A DNA stretch of 64,000 nucleotides from an uncultured Bdellovibrionales bacterium (GTDB taxonomy: Bacteria > Patescibacteriota > Minisyncoccia > Moranbacterales > UBA9337): NCBI GenBank assembly GCA_964605525.1, contig CAZSCV010000001.1, positions 18,424 to 82,423 on the forward strand. Reading direction: 5' to 3'. The notes beneath the pieces were generated by a model. That model did no database searches. It saw nothing but the letters and a program-made list of their open reading frames with translations, and had not been told where the DNA came from. Position 1 is the stretch's first letter, and every line of letters starts with the position of its first letter. This document shows positions 46,866 through 56,494 of this stretch, piece by piece. The position numbers were made by a program, and so were the translations under genes.

Positions 46866-47789
46866 ATGTTTAGTGTTCAAAAAATGAAAAAAATAGAAAA
46901 TTTGACAGTTGAATTTCTTGAGCATCTGGAGATTGAATTGGGAAGATCGCAAAAAACCATTGAAAACTATCATCACTACGTGAAAAGATTTTTACAGTGG
47001 GCGAAAATAAGCGCGCCGGATCAAATAACCCTGGATCTGGTTAGAAAATATAGATTATATCTGAATCGCTTGGAGGATGAAAAGGGTAATTTATTAAAAA
47101 AAACCACCCAAAATTACCATATCATAGCCTTGCGAAATTTTCTCAAATATCTGGCTAAAAGAGATATATCCTCGCTTTCGGCGGAAAAATTGGAAGTGGG
47201 TAGGAATCCGCAAAAAGAAGTGGAATTTCTGAATGGAGATGAAGTGGGGCGCATCTTGCAATGTGTTAATGGAGAGGATTTGAAATCTTTGCGCGACCGG
47301 TCAATTCTGGAGCTTTTGTTTTCTGCCGGGCTTCGAGTTTCAGAGCTTACTGGTATTAATAGAGATCAAATTAACCTAAAAAATCAAGAGTTTAGTGTGC
47401 GTGGAAAGGGTGATAAGGTGCGAGTGGTTTTTATTTCTGATACTGCCAAGCAAATTCTGGAAAGATATATAAGCAAAAGGGTTGATATTGACCAGGCGCT
47501 GTTTGTAAGGATTATGAAAAATCCGCAAAATAAGGAAGATTTGCGGTTGACCCCGCGCAGTATTCAGCGAATAGTCAAATATTATGCACATAAGGCGGGT
47601 ATCGTGAAAGATGTTCATCCACACACACTCAGGCACAGCTTCGCGACTGATTTACTCAGCAACGGCGCGGATATTCGCTCAGTTCAGGCAATGCTCGGAC
47701 ATTCTTCAATCACCACCACACAGATTTATACACATGTTACTAACAGACAATTAAAAGATATCCACAAGAAGTTTCATCGAAAAAAGTGA
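46866..47789 (+). CDS. xerC: tyrosine site-specific recombinase, XerC/XerD-like
   Basis: N-terminal core-binding domain (LEHLEIELGRSQKTIENYHHYVKRF). C-terminal catalytic RHSFATDLLSNGADIRSVQAMLGHSSITTTQIYTHV with the R...H-x-x-R...Y tetrad. Likely true start MKKIENL at 46884. Confidence 0.75.
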   Translation: MFSVQKMKKIENLTVEFLEHLEIELGRSQKTIENYHHYVKRFLQWAKISAPDQITLDLVRKYRLYLNRLEDEKGNLLKKTTQNYHIIALRNFLKYLAKRDISSLSAEKLEVGRNPQKEVEFLNGDEVGRILQCVNGEDLKSLRDRSILELLFSAGLRVSELTGINRDQINLKNQEFSVRGKGDKVRVVFISDTAKQILERYISKRVDIDQALFVRIMKNPQNKEDLRLTPRSIQRIVKYYAHKAGIVKDVHPHTLRHSFATDLLSNGADIRSVQAMLGHSSITTTQIYTHVTNRQLKDIHKKFHRKK

Positions 47790-47885
47790 GTAAATAGTGA
47801 AAGCTTAGCTTGTAAACTAATCTTTCTTTAATAATAACAATAGTGCTACTGCAAAATTTTGCGATCGTGATTATTTTACAAGTTT

Positions 47886-48665
47886 TTATTTTTTTGTTGC
47901 AGTTAGAAAAAATAGCTGCCAATTTAATTGAAAATAGCCATTTGTTTTATTTAAGCCCAATATTTTTTTTGCTAATTCCAATGATTTTTGTTTAGCGCAA
48001 TTTGCATTGTGAAGTAAATGAATAAAATTTTTCGCCTCATCGATATTTTTGAAATTCCATGGCATATTCAAAACCTCAATCTTTACCTCCGAAAAACCTA
48101 TATTTTTAAGAATTTTTTGAAGACGTTCTTTTGAAAAAAAATCATGCGGATGTCCATTGGGATAACAAAAAAGCGGATTATCAAGGGCATTAAAATATTT
48201 TTGAGTATTGGTGTTGTGTAAAACATCAGCTATTACTAACTTTCCATTCGGCTTGAGTAAGTTGTAAGTTTCTTTTAATAATTTAATCCTGCCGCTTTCT
48301 CCCGAGTCATCTTTTTTGTTGTCAAAATGGTGAAGAGTTGCGAGTGTCGCGACTTTATCAAACTTATTGAAATATATTTTAGAAAAAAAGTTTTTTTCTT
48401 TTGGTTTGATTAAAATGGTTTTTATTGGTAGTTTGGTGGTTTTTCTTTTTATTTCATTTAAATTACCATTATTAATATCAGCAGTAAAAACATGAGTGCA
48501 TAATTTTGCTAAGGGTATGGTTAAAAATCCGCTTCCGGTTCCAATTTCTAAAACAATATCTTCTTTTCGAGGATTTATTAGGGAAATAATTTTTTCAAGC
48601 TCATTTTTTCTAACACCTAAGTTATTTAGATGCGCTTTTCGATAGTTTTTCCAACGATTTTTCAT
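47886..48665 (-). CDS. class I SAM-dependent methyltransferase
   Basis: VLEIGTGSGFLTIPLAKL (motif I GxGxG) and LKPNGKLVIADV (motif post-II). N-terminal region loosely KsgA/Erm-like. Immediately downstream of the radical SAM gene. Confidence 0.6.
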   Translation of the reverse strand: MKNRWKNYRKAHLNNLGVRKNELEKIISLINPRKEDIVLEIGTGSGFLTIPLAKLCTHVFTADINNGNLNEIKRKTTKLPIKTILIKPKEKNFFSKIYFNKFDKVATLATLHHFDNKKDDSGESGRIKLLKETYNLLKPNGKLVIADVLHNTNTQKYFNALDNPLFCYPNGHPHDFFSKERLQKILKNIGFSEVKIEVLNMPWNFKNIDEAKNFIHLLHNANCAKQKSLELAKKILGLNKTNGYFQLNWQLFFLTATKK

Positions 48666-48731
48666 TTATTTTTTTGATAATTAAAAAATTTAGGTCGATC
48701 TGGTTTTTTAAAAAACCAGATCGACTAGTTA

Positions 48732-50063
48732 TCAAACTTTTGAAAGAAAATTTTGATATATTTTAATCAAAACCTCCTTTGATAGTGGTGTTTTGAGCAC
48801 AGGATAAGAGCAGTCAGATTCAAGGAAGTCACTGCGAATTATCCAATCGTTTTTAATGCACTGGCGATAGAATTCTGTTCCAGGAAATGGTGTAATGAAG
48901 GCAACATACGTGTGTTTTATTAGGCCTTTTTTTACAAAAAAGAGGTAATCGTTTAATGATTTGTGTAATTTTCTCTCGGTTTCCCATGGATAGCCAATCA
49001 TTAAACTACTCCAGACATCAATCCCTGCTTCTGTGGCTGTTTCAACTGCTGTTTTGACTTGTTCGGGGTTTGTTCCTTTGCCAAGTCTTCGTAGTGTTTC
49101 GGGATTCATAGACTCGATACCGAAAAAAAGTCCATTGCATCCTGCTTTTTTCATCAGCGCTAGATTAATCTTCCCTCTTGAAACATCATCTACTCGTGCA
49201 AAACAGCGCCAGTGAATTTCCCGCGACAACCCCCCTCTGATTAATCCTCTGCAAAATTTTTCGACCCGAATTGGATCAAATGTGAAAAGTTCATCGCAAA
49301 AAAAGAACCATGTTCGATCAAAAGTATCATAAAGAAATTGAATTTCTTTTATGATTCTTTCGGCAGAGCAAGCAACCACCTTTCCCGGATTCGAAATTGG
49401 AGTAGCACAATATTTGCATCTGAATTTGCAACCGCGGGTCGTGTGTAAGTATTCCAAGAATGGCGACTCATCTATTGAATGGTATTTTTCATAAGGCAAA
49501 TCGCTACGATCCGCAATTGGAAGTGTGTCAAGGTTGGAAATTCTTTGTCTGCTTTTTGTTGCGAATAATTCGCCATTTCGTATAAAAGCAATGCCGTCAA
49601 CTTCAGAGAAATTACTGCCTATCTTAAGTGTCTGTACGAGTTCCAAAAGGGTAATTTCACCTTCAAATGGAACTGCAAAATCAATTTCCGGATGATTTTT
49701 TAGGGTTTGACTGAGTGTTGACGAGCCATACTTTGTTTCGTCAACAAAAATTCCCGTAATATGTTCGCCGCCAAAAACCGTAACAATGTTTGGCTTTTTT
49801 ATTTTTAGCGATCTTGCCAGGAGAACTCCATTTGGAAAAACACAACTCATAGTTGAAAATCCAACAACATTGGGATTGAAAGAAATAATTTTTTCAATCA
49901 TTTCTTCATCCGTTTCATCAATTTGATGAAATACTCGAACATCAGCATATCCATTTGCCTTAAGATATGCCATTAAATAGCAAGCTCCTAATGGTGGGCG
50001 AGCAACATTGCCCATTGCGTTCATATTCTTTTGGCCGCATGGCACAACCAGTGCTATTTTCAT
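48732..50063 (-). CDS. B12-binding domain radical SAM protein
   Basis: AGGAGG RBS before MKIALVVPC (start 50063). N-terminal cobalamin-binding-like Rossmann segment (VVGFSTMSCVFPNGVLLARSLK). CxxxCxxC cluster TTRGCKFRCKYCATP. Confidence 0.75.
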   Translation of the reverse strand: MKIALVVPCGQKNMNAMGNVARPPLGACYLMAYLKANGYADVRVFHQIDETDEEMIEKIISFNPNVVGFSTMSCVFPNGVLLARSLKIKKPNIVTVFGGEHITGIFVDETKYGSSTLSQTLKNHPEIDFAVPFEGEITLLELVQTLKIGSNFSEVDGIAFIRNGELFATKSRQRISNLDTLPIADRSDLPYEKYHSIDESPFLEYLHTTRGCKFRCKYCATPISNPGKVVACSAERIIKEIQFLYDTFDRTWFFFCDELFTFDPIRVEKFCRGLIRGGLSREIHWRCFARVDDVSRGKINLALMKKAGCNGLFFGIESMNPETLRRLGKGTNPEQVKTAVETATEAGIDVWSSLMIGYPWETERKLHKSLNDYLFFVKKGLIKHTYVAFITPFPGTEFYRQCIKNDWIIRSDFLESDCSYPVLKTPLSKEVLIKIYQNFLSKV

Positions 50064-50269
50064 CGTAACCTCCTTTTTTAGTTTAATGAACAATATCAAT
50101 TTCTTGTGAACTTGATATGATAATATAATATTTTTTAGGAAAAATGTCAAAAAATCCGATGATTTATTTAGATAAATGTAAAAAATGCTTAAAAGTGGCT
50201 ATTATTGACAGTAAAATTAAAACGATATAATATAATAATGTCATCGGAAAAACCGACATTTATAAAAAT

Positions 50270-50995
50270 ATGCTGGAAGCACTCAAAAAAATAGGAATGG
50301 AAAGCAAGCAAGCTAAAATATATTTAGCTTGTCTTGAAATTGGACAAGCTTCTATTATTGATGTTTCCAGAAAAACCGGCATTAAGCGAACAACAGTATA
50401 TGAAAACATTGAACAAATGACCCAAGAAGGCTTTATTCAAGAGACTTTTCAAGGTAAAAAAAGAAAATTTGTAGCATTGGAGCCTCGGGAGTTGAAAGAA
50501 TTATTAAGAAAAAGAGAAAATTTATTAAATCAGATAATGCCTCAGCTTCTTGCGATGGGCAATGCAAGCACGGTAAAGCCAAAAATTTGGACACAGCAGG
50601 GAAAAGAAGGAATGCTTGCAGTCTACGAAGATTCTTTGAATTATCCAGATAGCGAGGTAGTCGGCTGGGCTTCCGGTGAAGTAATTAAGCTTTTTTCCCA
50701 ACAAGAATGTGATGATTATATCCAAAAGAGAATTAAGAAGAAAATAATGCAGACATTAATTATGCCAAGCGACAAGGCTTCGAGTAATTTTGCAGAAAAT
50801 AACAAATATCAGTTGCGAAAAACAAAAATCGTTGATTTTGAGGAGTATCCATTTAAAATTGAAATAAATATGTACGCCAATCGGGTGGCTATTTTTTCCG
50901 TAAAAGACAAAATGGCAGTTATTTTGGAGTCGGAACCGATTGCTTCGGCAATGAGGATGATTTTCCGAATGTGTTGGAAAGGCTTACCGGAGTAA
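50270..50995 (+). CDS. TrmB-like winged-helix transcriptional regulator, paralog 5 of 7
   Basis: SKQAKIYLACLEIGQASIIDVSRKTGIKRTTVYENIEQMTQEGFI wHTH. Conserved C-terminal block ...MAVILESEPIASAMRMIFRMCWKGLPE. Only 29 nt upstream of uvrD on the same strand. Confidence 0.7.
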   Translation: MLEALKKIGMESKQAKIYLACLEIGQASIIDVSRKTGIKRTTVYENIEQMTQEGFIQETFQGKKRKFVALEPRELKELLRKRENLLNQIMPQLLAMGNASTVKPKIWTQQGKEGMLAVYEDSLNYPDSEVVGWASGEVIKLFSQQECDDYIQKRIKKKIMQTLIMPSDKASSNFAENNKYQLRKTKIVDFEEYPFKIEINMYANRVAIFSVKDKMAVILESEPIASAMRMIFRMCWKGLPE

Positions 50996-51024
50996 TTTTA
51001 ATCTTTTTGTGTTAAACTGAAATA

Positions 51025-53187
51025 ATGAACAAACTACTTGAACAATTGAATGTAGCGCAGAGGGAGGCGGTGGAGGCTACTGAGGGGCCAGTTTTAGTGA
51101 TTGCTGGGGCTGGATCGGGAAAGACTCGCGTGCTTACTCACCGAGTCGCTTATTTAATAACAGAAAAAGGCGTAAAACCGCAAAATATTCTAGCTGTAAC
51201 ATTTACCAATAAAGCCGCGCAAGAAATGAAAGAGCGAATAAATAAATTGTTAGCGGATGGGTTTAATGCTTCACGTTCCACTTCGCACGTTAATGTTGGT
51301 ACTTTTCATTCAATTTGTGTAAAAATATTGCGCAGAGAGATTGATAAACTTGGTTATCAAAAGTCCTTTAATATTTTTGATGACCAGGATCAGAAAGTTT
51401 TAATGAAAAAAGTTGTCAAGGAATTGGAGATTAATACCGAACAATTCAACCCCAAAACTTTTTTAGCCGTTATTAGTAAGGCAAAAAATGAACTTCGGGA
51501 TGAGTATGCTTTTGAGGTTGGAATCGGAGGGTATTACGAAGAGATTGTGGCAAAAGTGTACAAAAAATATCAGAAGGAATTGAGGGAAATTAACGCTTTG
51601 GATTTTGACGACCTAATTCGATTGACTATTGAGCTTTTTCAGAAATTCCCCGAGATATTGGAGAAATATCAAAATCTTTTCAAATATATTTTAGTGGATG
51701 AATACCAGGATACTAATCATGCGCAATATACTTTAGTGCGATTGTTGGCTCAAAAACATCAAAATCTTTGTGTCGTTGGCGATGATTGGCAGTCAATTTA
51801 TGGCTGGAGGCAGGCAGATATCCGCAATATTTTGAGTTTCGAGAAAGATTATCCGCAAGCGAAATTAATAACATTGGAGCAAAACTATCGTTCCACGCAG
51901 AATATATTAGACGCTGCTTACGGCGTTATTTCTCAGAATGTAAACAGAAAAGACAAAAAAGTGTGGACGGACAACAAGGAAGGTCATCAAATTGTTTCAT
52001 TTGAAGCGCAAGATGAGCGCGAAGAGGCTGAATTTGTGGCACGCACAATAAGAGAAGAGCAGATGAATGAAGGAGCGCCGGGTAAATTTTCAGATTTTGC
52101 TGTGTTATACCGAACAAACGCACAATCGCGAGCCTTAGAAGAGGTTTTCTTGCGAGAAGATATTCCCTATCGAATTATCGGCGGATTAAAATTCTATCAA
52201 CGAAAGGAAATCAAAGATGTCATTGCTTATCTACATCTTATGCAGAATGGATTAGACTATGTATCCCTGGAGCGGGTTATTAATGAGCCAAAGAGAGGAA
52301 TCGGAAAAGCCACGTTAGGAAAATGGATTACTTTTTCGAAAAAAGTAGGAAAGAATCTCATCTTGACAGGATTAGGTATGGATAATGAATCCGGATTGAA
52401 TAAGGGAAAAGTCGATGAAATTAAAAAGTTCTGTGATTTTATCGTTCGGATGCAGGATTTAAGGGAAAAAATTGAGTTGGCGGATCTTATTGAAAAGGTT
52501 TTTTATGAAAGCGGTTATGAAAAAGTATTGTCGAGCATGGGAGCAGATGGCGAAATGCGATTGGAAAATGTAAGGGAGCTTCTTAGTGTGGCGGGAAAAT
52601 ATGCCGGAGTAAAAGCAAATGAATCCCTTGATTTGTTCTTGGAGGAAGTGGCACTAGCTAGTGATACTGACAATATTGAAAAAAGAGAAAATTCAGTGCA
52701 TTTAATGACGCTTCATAGTGCTAAGGGTCTTGAATTTCCTTCGGTTTTCATTGTGGGGCTTGAGGAGGGCATTCTCCCGCATTCACGAAGTATGCTTAGT
52801 GAGAGTGAAATGGAAGAAGAAAGAAGATTGATGTATGTGGGTATTACACGAGCAATGAAAAAAGTTTATCTGTTGTTTACTCAAATGAGAATGATTTTTG
52901 GCTCAACACAAGCCAATCCCCCTTCGCGATTTCTGGAAGATATTCCCCGGCATCTTATATTACCGGAAAGTACGAAGTGCGAAAAACAAAAAGAAAAACG
53001 ATTGGATAAGCACACAGCACATTCTGCATCTCAACTTTCGCGCTTTAGGGATGGACAAAGGATTATTCATGCTAACTTTGGAGAAGGAATAATTATTTCT
53101 ATTACTAATGATATAGCAACAATTGCCTTCCCTCACAAAGGAATTAAACGAATATCTCTTTCAATAGCGCCAATAAAAGAAGCGTAA
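51025..53187 (+). CDS. uvrD: ATP-dependent DNA helicase UvrD/PcrA family
   Basis: Q-motif/Walker A LNVAQREAVEATEGPVLVIAGAGSGKTRVLTHR. Motifs II (ILVDEYQDTN), III, V and VI (VGITRAMKKVYL) in order. 720 aa. Confidence 0.85.
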   Translation: MNKLLEQLNVAQREAVEATEGPVLVIAGAGSGKTRVLTHRVAYLITEKGVKPQNILAVTFTNKAAQEMKERINKLLADGFNASRSTSHVNVGTFHSICVKILRREIDKLGYQKSFNIFDDQDQKVLMKKVVKELEINTEQFNPKTFLAVISKAKNELRDEYAFEVGIGGYYEEIVAKVYKKYQKELREINALDFDDLIRLTIELFQKFPEILEKYQNLFKYILVDEYQDTNHAQYTLVRLLAQKHQNLCVVGDDWQSIYGWRQADIRNILSFEKDYPQAKLITLEQNYRSTQNILDAAYGVISQNVNRKDKKVWTDNKEGHQIVSFEAQDEREEAEFVARTIREEQMNEGAPGKFSDFAVLYRTNAQSRALEEVFLREDIPYRIIGGLKFYQRKEIKDVIAYLHLMQNGLDYVSLERVINEPKRGIGKATLGKWITFSKKVGKNLILTGLGMDNESGLNKGKVDEIKKFCDFIVRMQDLREKIELADLIEKVFYESGYEKVLSSMGADGEMRLENVRELLSVAGKYAGVKANESLDLFLEEVALASDTDNIEKRENSVHLMTLHSAKGLEFPSVFIVGLEEGILPHSRSMLSESEMEEERRLMYVGITRAMKKVYLLFTQMRMIFGSTQANPPSRFLEDIPRHLILPESTKCEKQKEKRLDKHTAHSASQLSRFRDGQRIIHANFGEGIIISITNDIATIAFPHKGIKRISLSIAPIKEA

Positions 53188-53340
53188 GTTATATTATAAA
53201 ATAAAAGTAATCTTTTGTCAAATAAAGTTAGGAAGTAAGCCATATTTTGTGGGTATTTTTTTGTCTGAATTTATTAAAAAATAAGCATAGATAGTGTGTT
53301 ATATAATTAATGACTTCTAAATCATTGATTGGGATATATA

Positions 53341-53358
53341 TTGTTCCACGTGGAACAA
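53341..53358. promoter_or_regulatory. parS-like palindrome 1 (TTGTTCCACGTGGAACAA; core TGTTCCACGTGGAACA)
   Basis: Perfect 18-bp palindrome whose 16-bp core equals the perfect-palindrome form of the ParB-binding parS consensus tGTTNCACGTGAAACa. Confidence 0.55.
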
Positions 53359-53511
53359 TTATAAGATGATTTTTATTTTTTTATTTTTTTATTTTTTTTA
53401 TATAATCTGAAAGAGTCAAATGAGTATTTTTATGAATAAATTCAAGGAATGTGGAGTTATTTCTGAAATTTAACAGTATTGTAATGATTTGATGTATATT
53501 TTTTTACACAA

Positions 53512-53529
53512 TTGTTCCATGTGGAACAA
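53512..53529. promoter_or_regulatory. parS-like palindrome 2 (variant TTGTTCCATGTGGAACAA)
   Basis: One C-to-T change in the CACGTG core. Flanks extend the dyad (ACACAATTGTTCC...GGAACAATTGTGT). Confidence 0.45.
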
Positions 53530-53706
53530 TTGTGTAAATGTATAACTTGAATAATTGAAATATTTTTTTTGTATCTATTTATTTGTTAAAAAAGAATTAT
53601 TAAAAAAGTCTAAATAATTAGTAGGAAGACAAAGAACTTTTTTGTGATTGATATATTGCGATGTTATATATTGCAAGTTTGAATTCCTAGAAAGCATATT
53701 TTGTAA

Positions 53707-53724
53707 TTGTTCCACGTGGAACAA
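53707..53724. promoter_or_regulatory. parS-like palindrome 3
   Basis: TGTAATTGTTCCACGTGGAACAATTACA. Core perfect, flanking dyad extended with compensatory changes. Confidence 0.55.
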
Positions 53725-53879
53725 TTACAAGAATACAAACTTTTTGATAAAAAATAAATCAGCATAGCTAAGGGATATTTTTTGATTGATTGCAGCAATG
53801 GGTATTTTTTTAAATTTTGATCGGTAATGGCCTGTTGAAGTTGATTTTTATCATAAGCAGAGATTTATATAGATGTATA

Positions 53880-53897
53880 ATGTTCCACGTGGAACAT
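53880..53897. promoter_or_regulatory. parS-like palindrome 4 (ATGTTCCACGTGGAACAT)
   Basis: 16-bp core perfect. Outer position changed symmetrically (A...T). Confidence 0.55.
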
Positions 53898-54050
53898 TGA
53901 AGTTGTTTGGTATATTTTTTTAGTAAAAAACTTTAATAATATCCAAAAAAGTGCTGTTTTTTAATTAGTTGCGATAAATAAGATATTTTTCTATTCTTTT
54001 AATAGGGCTGATTTTAAAATAAAAAAGTAATGATTTATATGAAAGTATAA

Positions 54051-54068
54051 TTGTTCCACGTGGAACAA
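54051..54068. promoter_or_regulatory. parS-like palindrome 5
   Basis: TATAATTGTTCCACGTGGAACAATTATA, a perfect 28-bp extended dyad. Confidence 0.55.
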
Positions 54069-54184
54069 TTATACTAGGCGGATTATTTCTCGTTTAGTGT
54101 TTGTTGTATTTATTTTAATAATTAGTGATACATCGGAAGGTTTGATAGATTTTTTTTGCGTAGTATGGGTTTGTTTTTATTATA

Positions 54185-54202
54185 TTGTTCCACGTGGAAC
54201 AA
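54185..54202. promoter_or_regulatory. parS-like palindrome 6
   Basis: TATATTGTTCCACGTGGAACAATTAGG. Core perfect. Confidence 0.55.
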
Positions 54203-54497
54203 TTAGGGTTAATTTTATGTTTGAATGTATGCAAATGTGGATAACTTATAAGAGATACTTAAAACAAAGGGTTTTTCTTATTAAAAGCTGTGGATAATGT
54301 GTGAATTAAAATAGATACTAGCCTATTTTAGTTGACAAAAAAGTAAATATATTGCATAGTATAAATATATAATAGTTTCAAATTATTTTTTTTAAAAAGT
54401 GTTAAGCGGGATGAATTCAATGATTTAGAGCCCACTTCTTTTGTGTTTTTGTTGACGGTTTGTTTTATTTCGTTTATGATTGGCTTGTTGAAAATAA

Positions 54498-54570
54498 GGG
54501 CCATTAGCTCAATTGGTAGAGCGCTTCCATGGCATGGAAGAGGCAGCCGGTTCGAATCCGGCATGGTCCA
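54498..54570 (+). tRNA. tRNA-Ala (anticodon GGC)
   Basis: Hand-folded cloverleaf GGGCCAT/ATGGTCC acceptor with G3:U70 Ala identity pair. D-arm GCTC/GAGC. Anticodon stem CTTCC/GGAAG, loop ATGGCAT. T-arm GCCGG TTCGAAT CCGGC. Discriminator A. No encoded CCA. Confidence 0.85.
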
Positions 54571-54679
54571 CTACGCAAAATTTATTATTAACAATAAATT
54601 TTTGTGTAGTGGCCACGTTTGTGGTTTTTTGTTTATTTAAAACTGCGATTGTGATATTGTAGTAGTGTATAAACTTATT

Positions 54680-54754
54680 GTCCTTGTAGTTCAATGGATA
54701 GAACGAGTCCCTCCTAAGGACTAAATGCAGGTTCGATTCCTGCCAAGGACACCA
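54680..54754 (+). tRNA. tRNA-Arg (anticodon CCT)
   Basis: Acceptor GTCCTTG/CAAGGAC. Anticodon stem AGTCC/GGACT, loop CTCCTAA. T-arm GCAGG TTCGATT CCTGC. Discriminator A plus encoded CCA. Confidence 0.85.
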
Positions 54755-54794
54755 CGTAAAATTCGCTACGCTCATCACGTGGCATAGCAAACTT

Positions 54795-56294
54795 ATGATT
54801 AGGAAAATTCCATCTCAAATTGTTGAGGTGCTTGAAAAAATTCAAAAAGCGGGGTTCGAAGCGTACATTGTTGGTGGATGTGTGCGTGATTTGTTGTGCC
54901 ACAAAGATCCAAAGGACTGGGACTTGACAACAAATGCCAGACCAAATGAGATTTTGAATATTTTTGGAGAAGAGAATGCTTTTTATGAAAATGATTTTGG
55001 AACAGTAGGGGTGAAGATTGGGAGCAAAGAATCAGGAATTGTGAATCAAGAAGAAAAGAAAGAAATTGTGGAGGTGACGACTTATCGAATTGAAAGTAAA
55101 TATTCCGATCGGAGAAGACCGGACGAGGTGAAATTCGCCAAAACGCTGGAAGAAGATTTGAGTCGGCGGGATTTTACGGTAAACGCGATTGCCCTGCGAG
55201 TTACGGACTTCACAAAATTGCAAACGGGAGCGGATGGATATGAAATTATTGATTTATTCGGAGGACGGAAAGATATCGAGGATAGGATTATTCGAGCGGT
55301 GGGTGCTGCAAGCAAAAGATTTGATGAGGATGCTCTGCGGATGATGCGGGCGGTGCGCTTCCACGCGCAATTGGGGTTTGATATTGAGAAAAAAACTTTC
55401 AAAGCGATCAAAGAAAACGCTTTTTTAATGAAACATATTTCCGCGGAAAGAGTAAAAGATGAATTTTCCAAAATAATTTTGTCAAGCAATCCAGCGGAAG
55501 GGGTGGATATGCTTCACGAAACTGGGCTTTTGAATTTTGTGATTCCGGAATTGGAAAACGGAGTAGATGTGGGACAAAACCGCCATCATATTCACACAAT
55601 ATACAAGCACAACTTGTTGGCACTCAAATTTTGCCCTTCAAAAAAACTTGAAGTGCGTCTGGCGGCGCTACTTCACGACATCGCCAAACCTCAAACCAAA
55701 AGAGGCGAGGGGTATTATTCAACTTTCTATAATCACGACCATGTGGGCGCGCGCGTGGCAAAAAAGATTTTGCAGCGGCTCAAGTTTTCCAATGAAATTA
55801 CCAACAAAGTCGTTCTTCTGATTAATAATCATATGTTTTATTATAATCCCGAAGAAGTTGGGGAGGCTTCAGTGCGCCGTTTGATTCAAAAAGTCGGATT
55901 GGAAAATATGAAAGACTTGATGGATGTGCGAATCGCTGACCGACTGGGGAGCGGAACGCCAAAAGCTAAGCCGTACAAATTGCGCCATTTGGAATATTTG
56001 ATCGACAAAGTTTCCAAAGATGCGGTATCGGTAAAAATGCTGAAAATCGGCGGTAATGATTTGATAAAAGAATTGAAACTTGCCCCCGGTCCGAAAATCG
56101 GAGCGATTTTGGATGTGCTTTTGGCAGAAGTGATTGAAGACGCAAAAAAGAATAACCGCCAGTATTTGCTCAAAAAAGCGACGGAACTTGACAAGGAAGA
56201 TCTGTCAAAATTGCGCGAAATGGCAAAAGAAAAAATAGAGGAGAAAAAAGAGGAGGATGACAAGGAGTTGAAAGGGAAGCATTGGGTGAAATAA
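54795..56294 (+). CDS. cca: CCA-adding tRNA nucleotidyltransferase with HD domain (class II Pol-beta NTase family)
   Basis: GGCVRDLLCHKDPKDWDLTT motif, RRDFTVNAIAL. HD-domain histidines LLHDIAKP...NHDHVG. 499 aa with a KE-rich C-terminal tail. Immediately downstream of two tRNA genes. Confidence 0.8.
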   Translation: MIRKIPSQIVEVLEKIQKAGFEAYIVGGCVRDLLCHKDPKDWDLTTNARPNEILNIFGEENAFYENDFGTVGVKIGSKESGIVNQEEKKEIVEVTTYRIESKYSDRRRPDEVKFAKTLEEDLSRRDFTVNAIALRVTDFTKLQTGADGYEIIDLFGGRKDIEDRIIRAVGAASKRFDEDALRMMRAVRFHAQLGFDIEKKTFKAIKENAFLMKHISAERVKDEFSKIILSSNPAEGVDMLHETGLLNFVIPELENGVDVGQNRHHIHTIYKHNLLALKFCPSKKLEVRLAALLHDIAKPQTKRGEGYYSTFYNHDHVGARVAKKILQRLKFSNEITNKVVLLINNHMFYYNPEEVGEASVRRLIQKVGLENMKDLMDVRIADRLGSGTPKAKPYKLRHLEYLIDKVSKDAVSVKMLKIGGNDLIKELKLAPGPKIGAILDVLLAEVIEDAKKNNRQYLLKKATELDKEDLSKLREMAKEKIEEKKEEDDKELKGKHWVK

Positions 56295-56321
56295 ACTTTA
56301 TTATTTGGTAAAAAAGAAAAA

Positions 56322-56390
56322 AGCCAGGAACCGTGATGGGTTGCTGGCTTTTGAAATAAAAAAGGCGGGGAACTGCGATGAGTTTCCGCC
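56322..56390 (+). terminator. tandem terminator hairpins after the CCA gene; second one (56354-56380) belongs to the GATGAG-loop family
   Basis: AGCCAGGAACC...GGTTGCTGGCTTTTG, then AAAAAGGCGGGGAACTGCGATGAGTTTCCGCCTTGTTTTTTT. Confidence 0.5.
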
Positions 56391-56494
56391 TTGTTTTTTT
56401 GCCTACAATAAGCTAAAAATATTTGATTTGGACCAAAAAGAGCAGAATTAACAAAAAGTCTTGACTTTTTTCCAGTTTAGTGTAAAATGGTAAT

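Noticed and set aside
46866-47789. Tyrosine recombinase as proof of an integrated mobile element carrying the T4SS-like genes
   Set aside because: The protein looks like a housekeeping XerC/D (full R-H-R-Y catalytic set and XerC-type N-domain). No attL/attR direct repeats or dif-like 28-mer could be identified by eye. Mobility of the T4SS block is left open rather than claimed.
53341-54202. Possibility that the six regularly spaced palindromes form a CRISPR array
   Set aside because: The repeats are 16-18-bp perfect palindromes separated by about 134-195 bp of AT-rich sequence, with no adjacent cas genes. CRISPR repeats are longer with 30-40-bp spacers. Interpreted instead as parS-like protein-binding sites.
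54097-54297. 66-aa plus-strand ORF inside the parS array region
   Set aside because: It spans one of the palindromes, has no RBS, an odd composition and no similarity to anything recognisable. Most likely non-coding.
54328-54902. Minus-strand ORFs 54328-54564, 54509-54790 and 54714-54902 in the ORF track
   Set aside because: They overlap and are antisense to the two hand-folded tRNA genes (Ala-GGC, Arg-CCT) and the start of the CCA-enzyme gene. No RBS. Products are low-complexity. Spurious.
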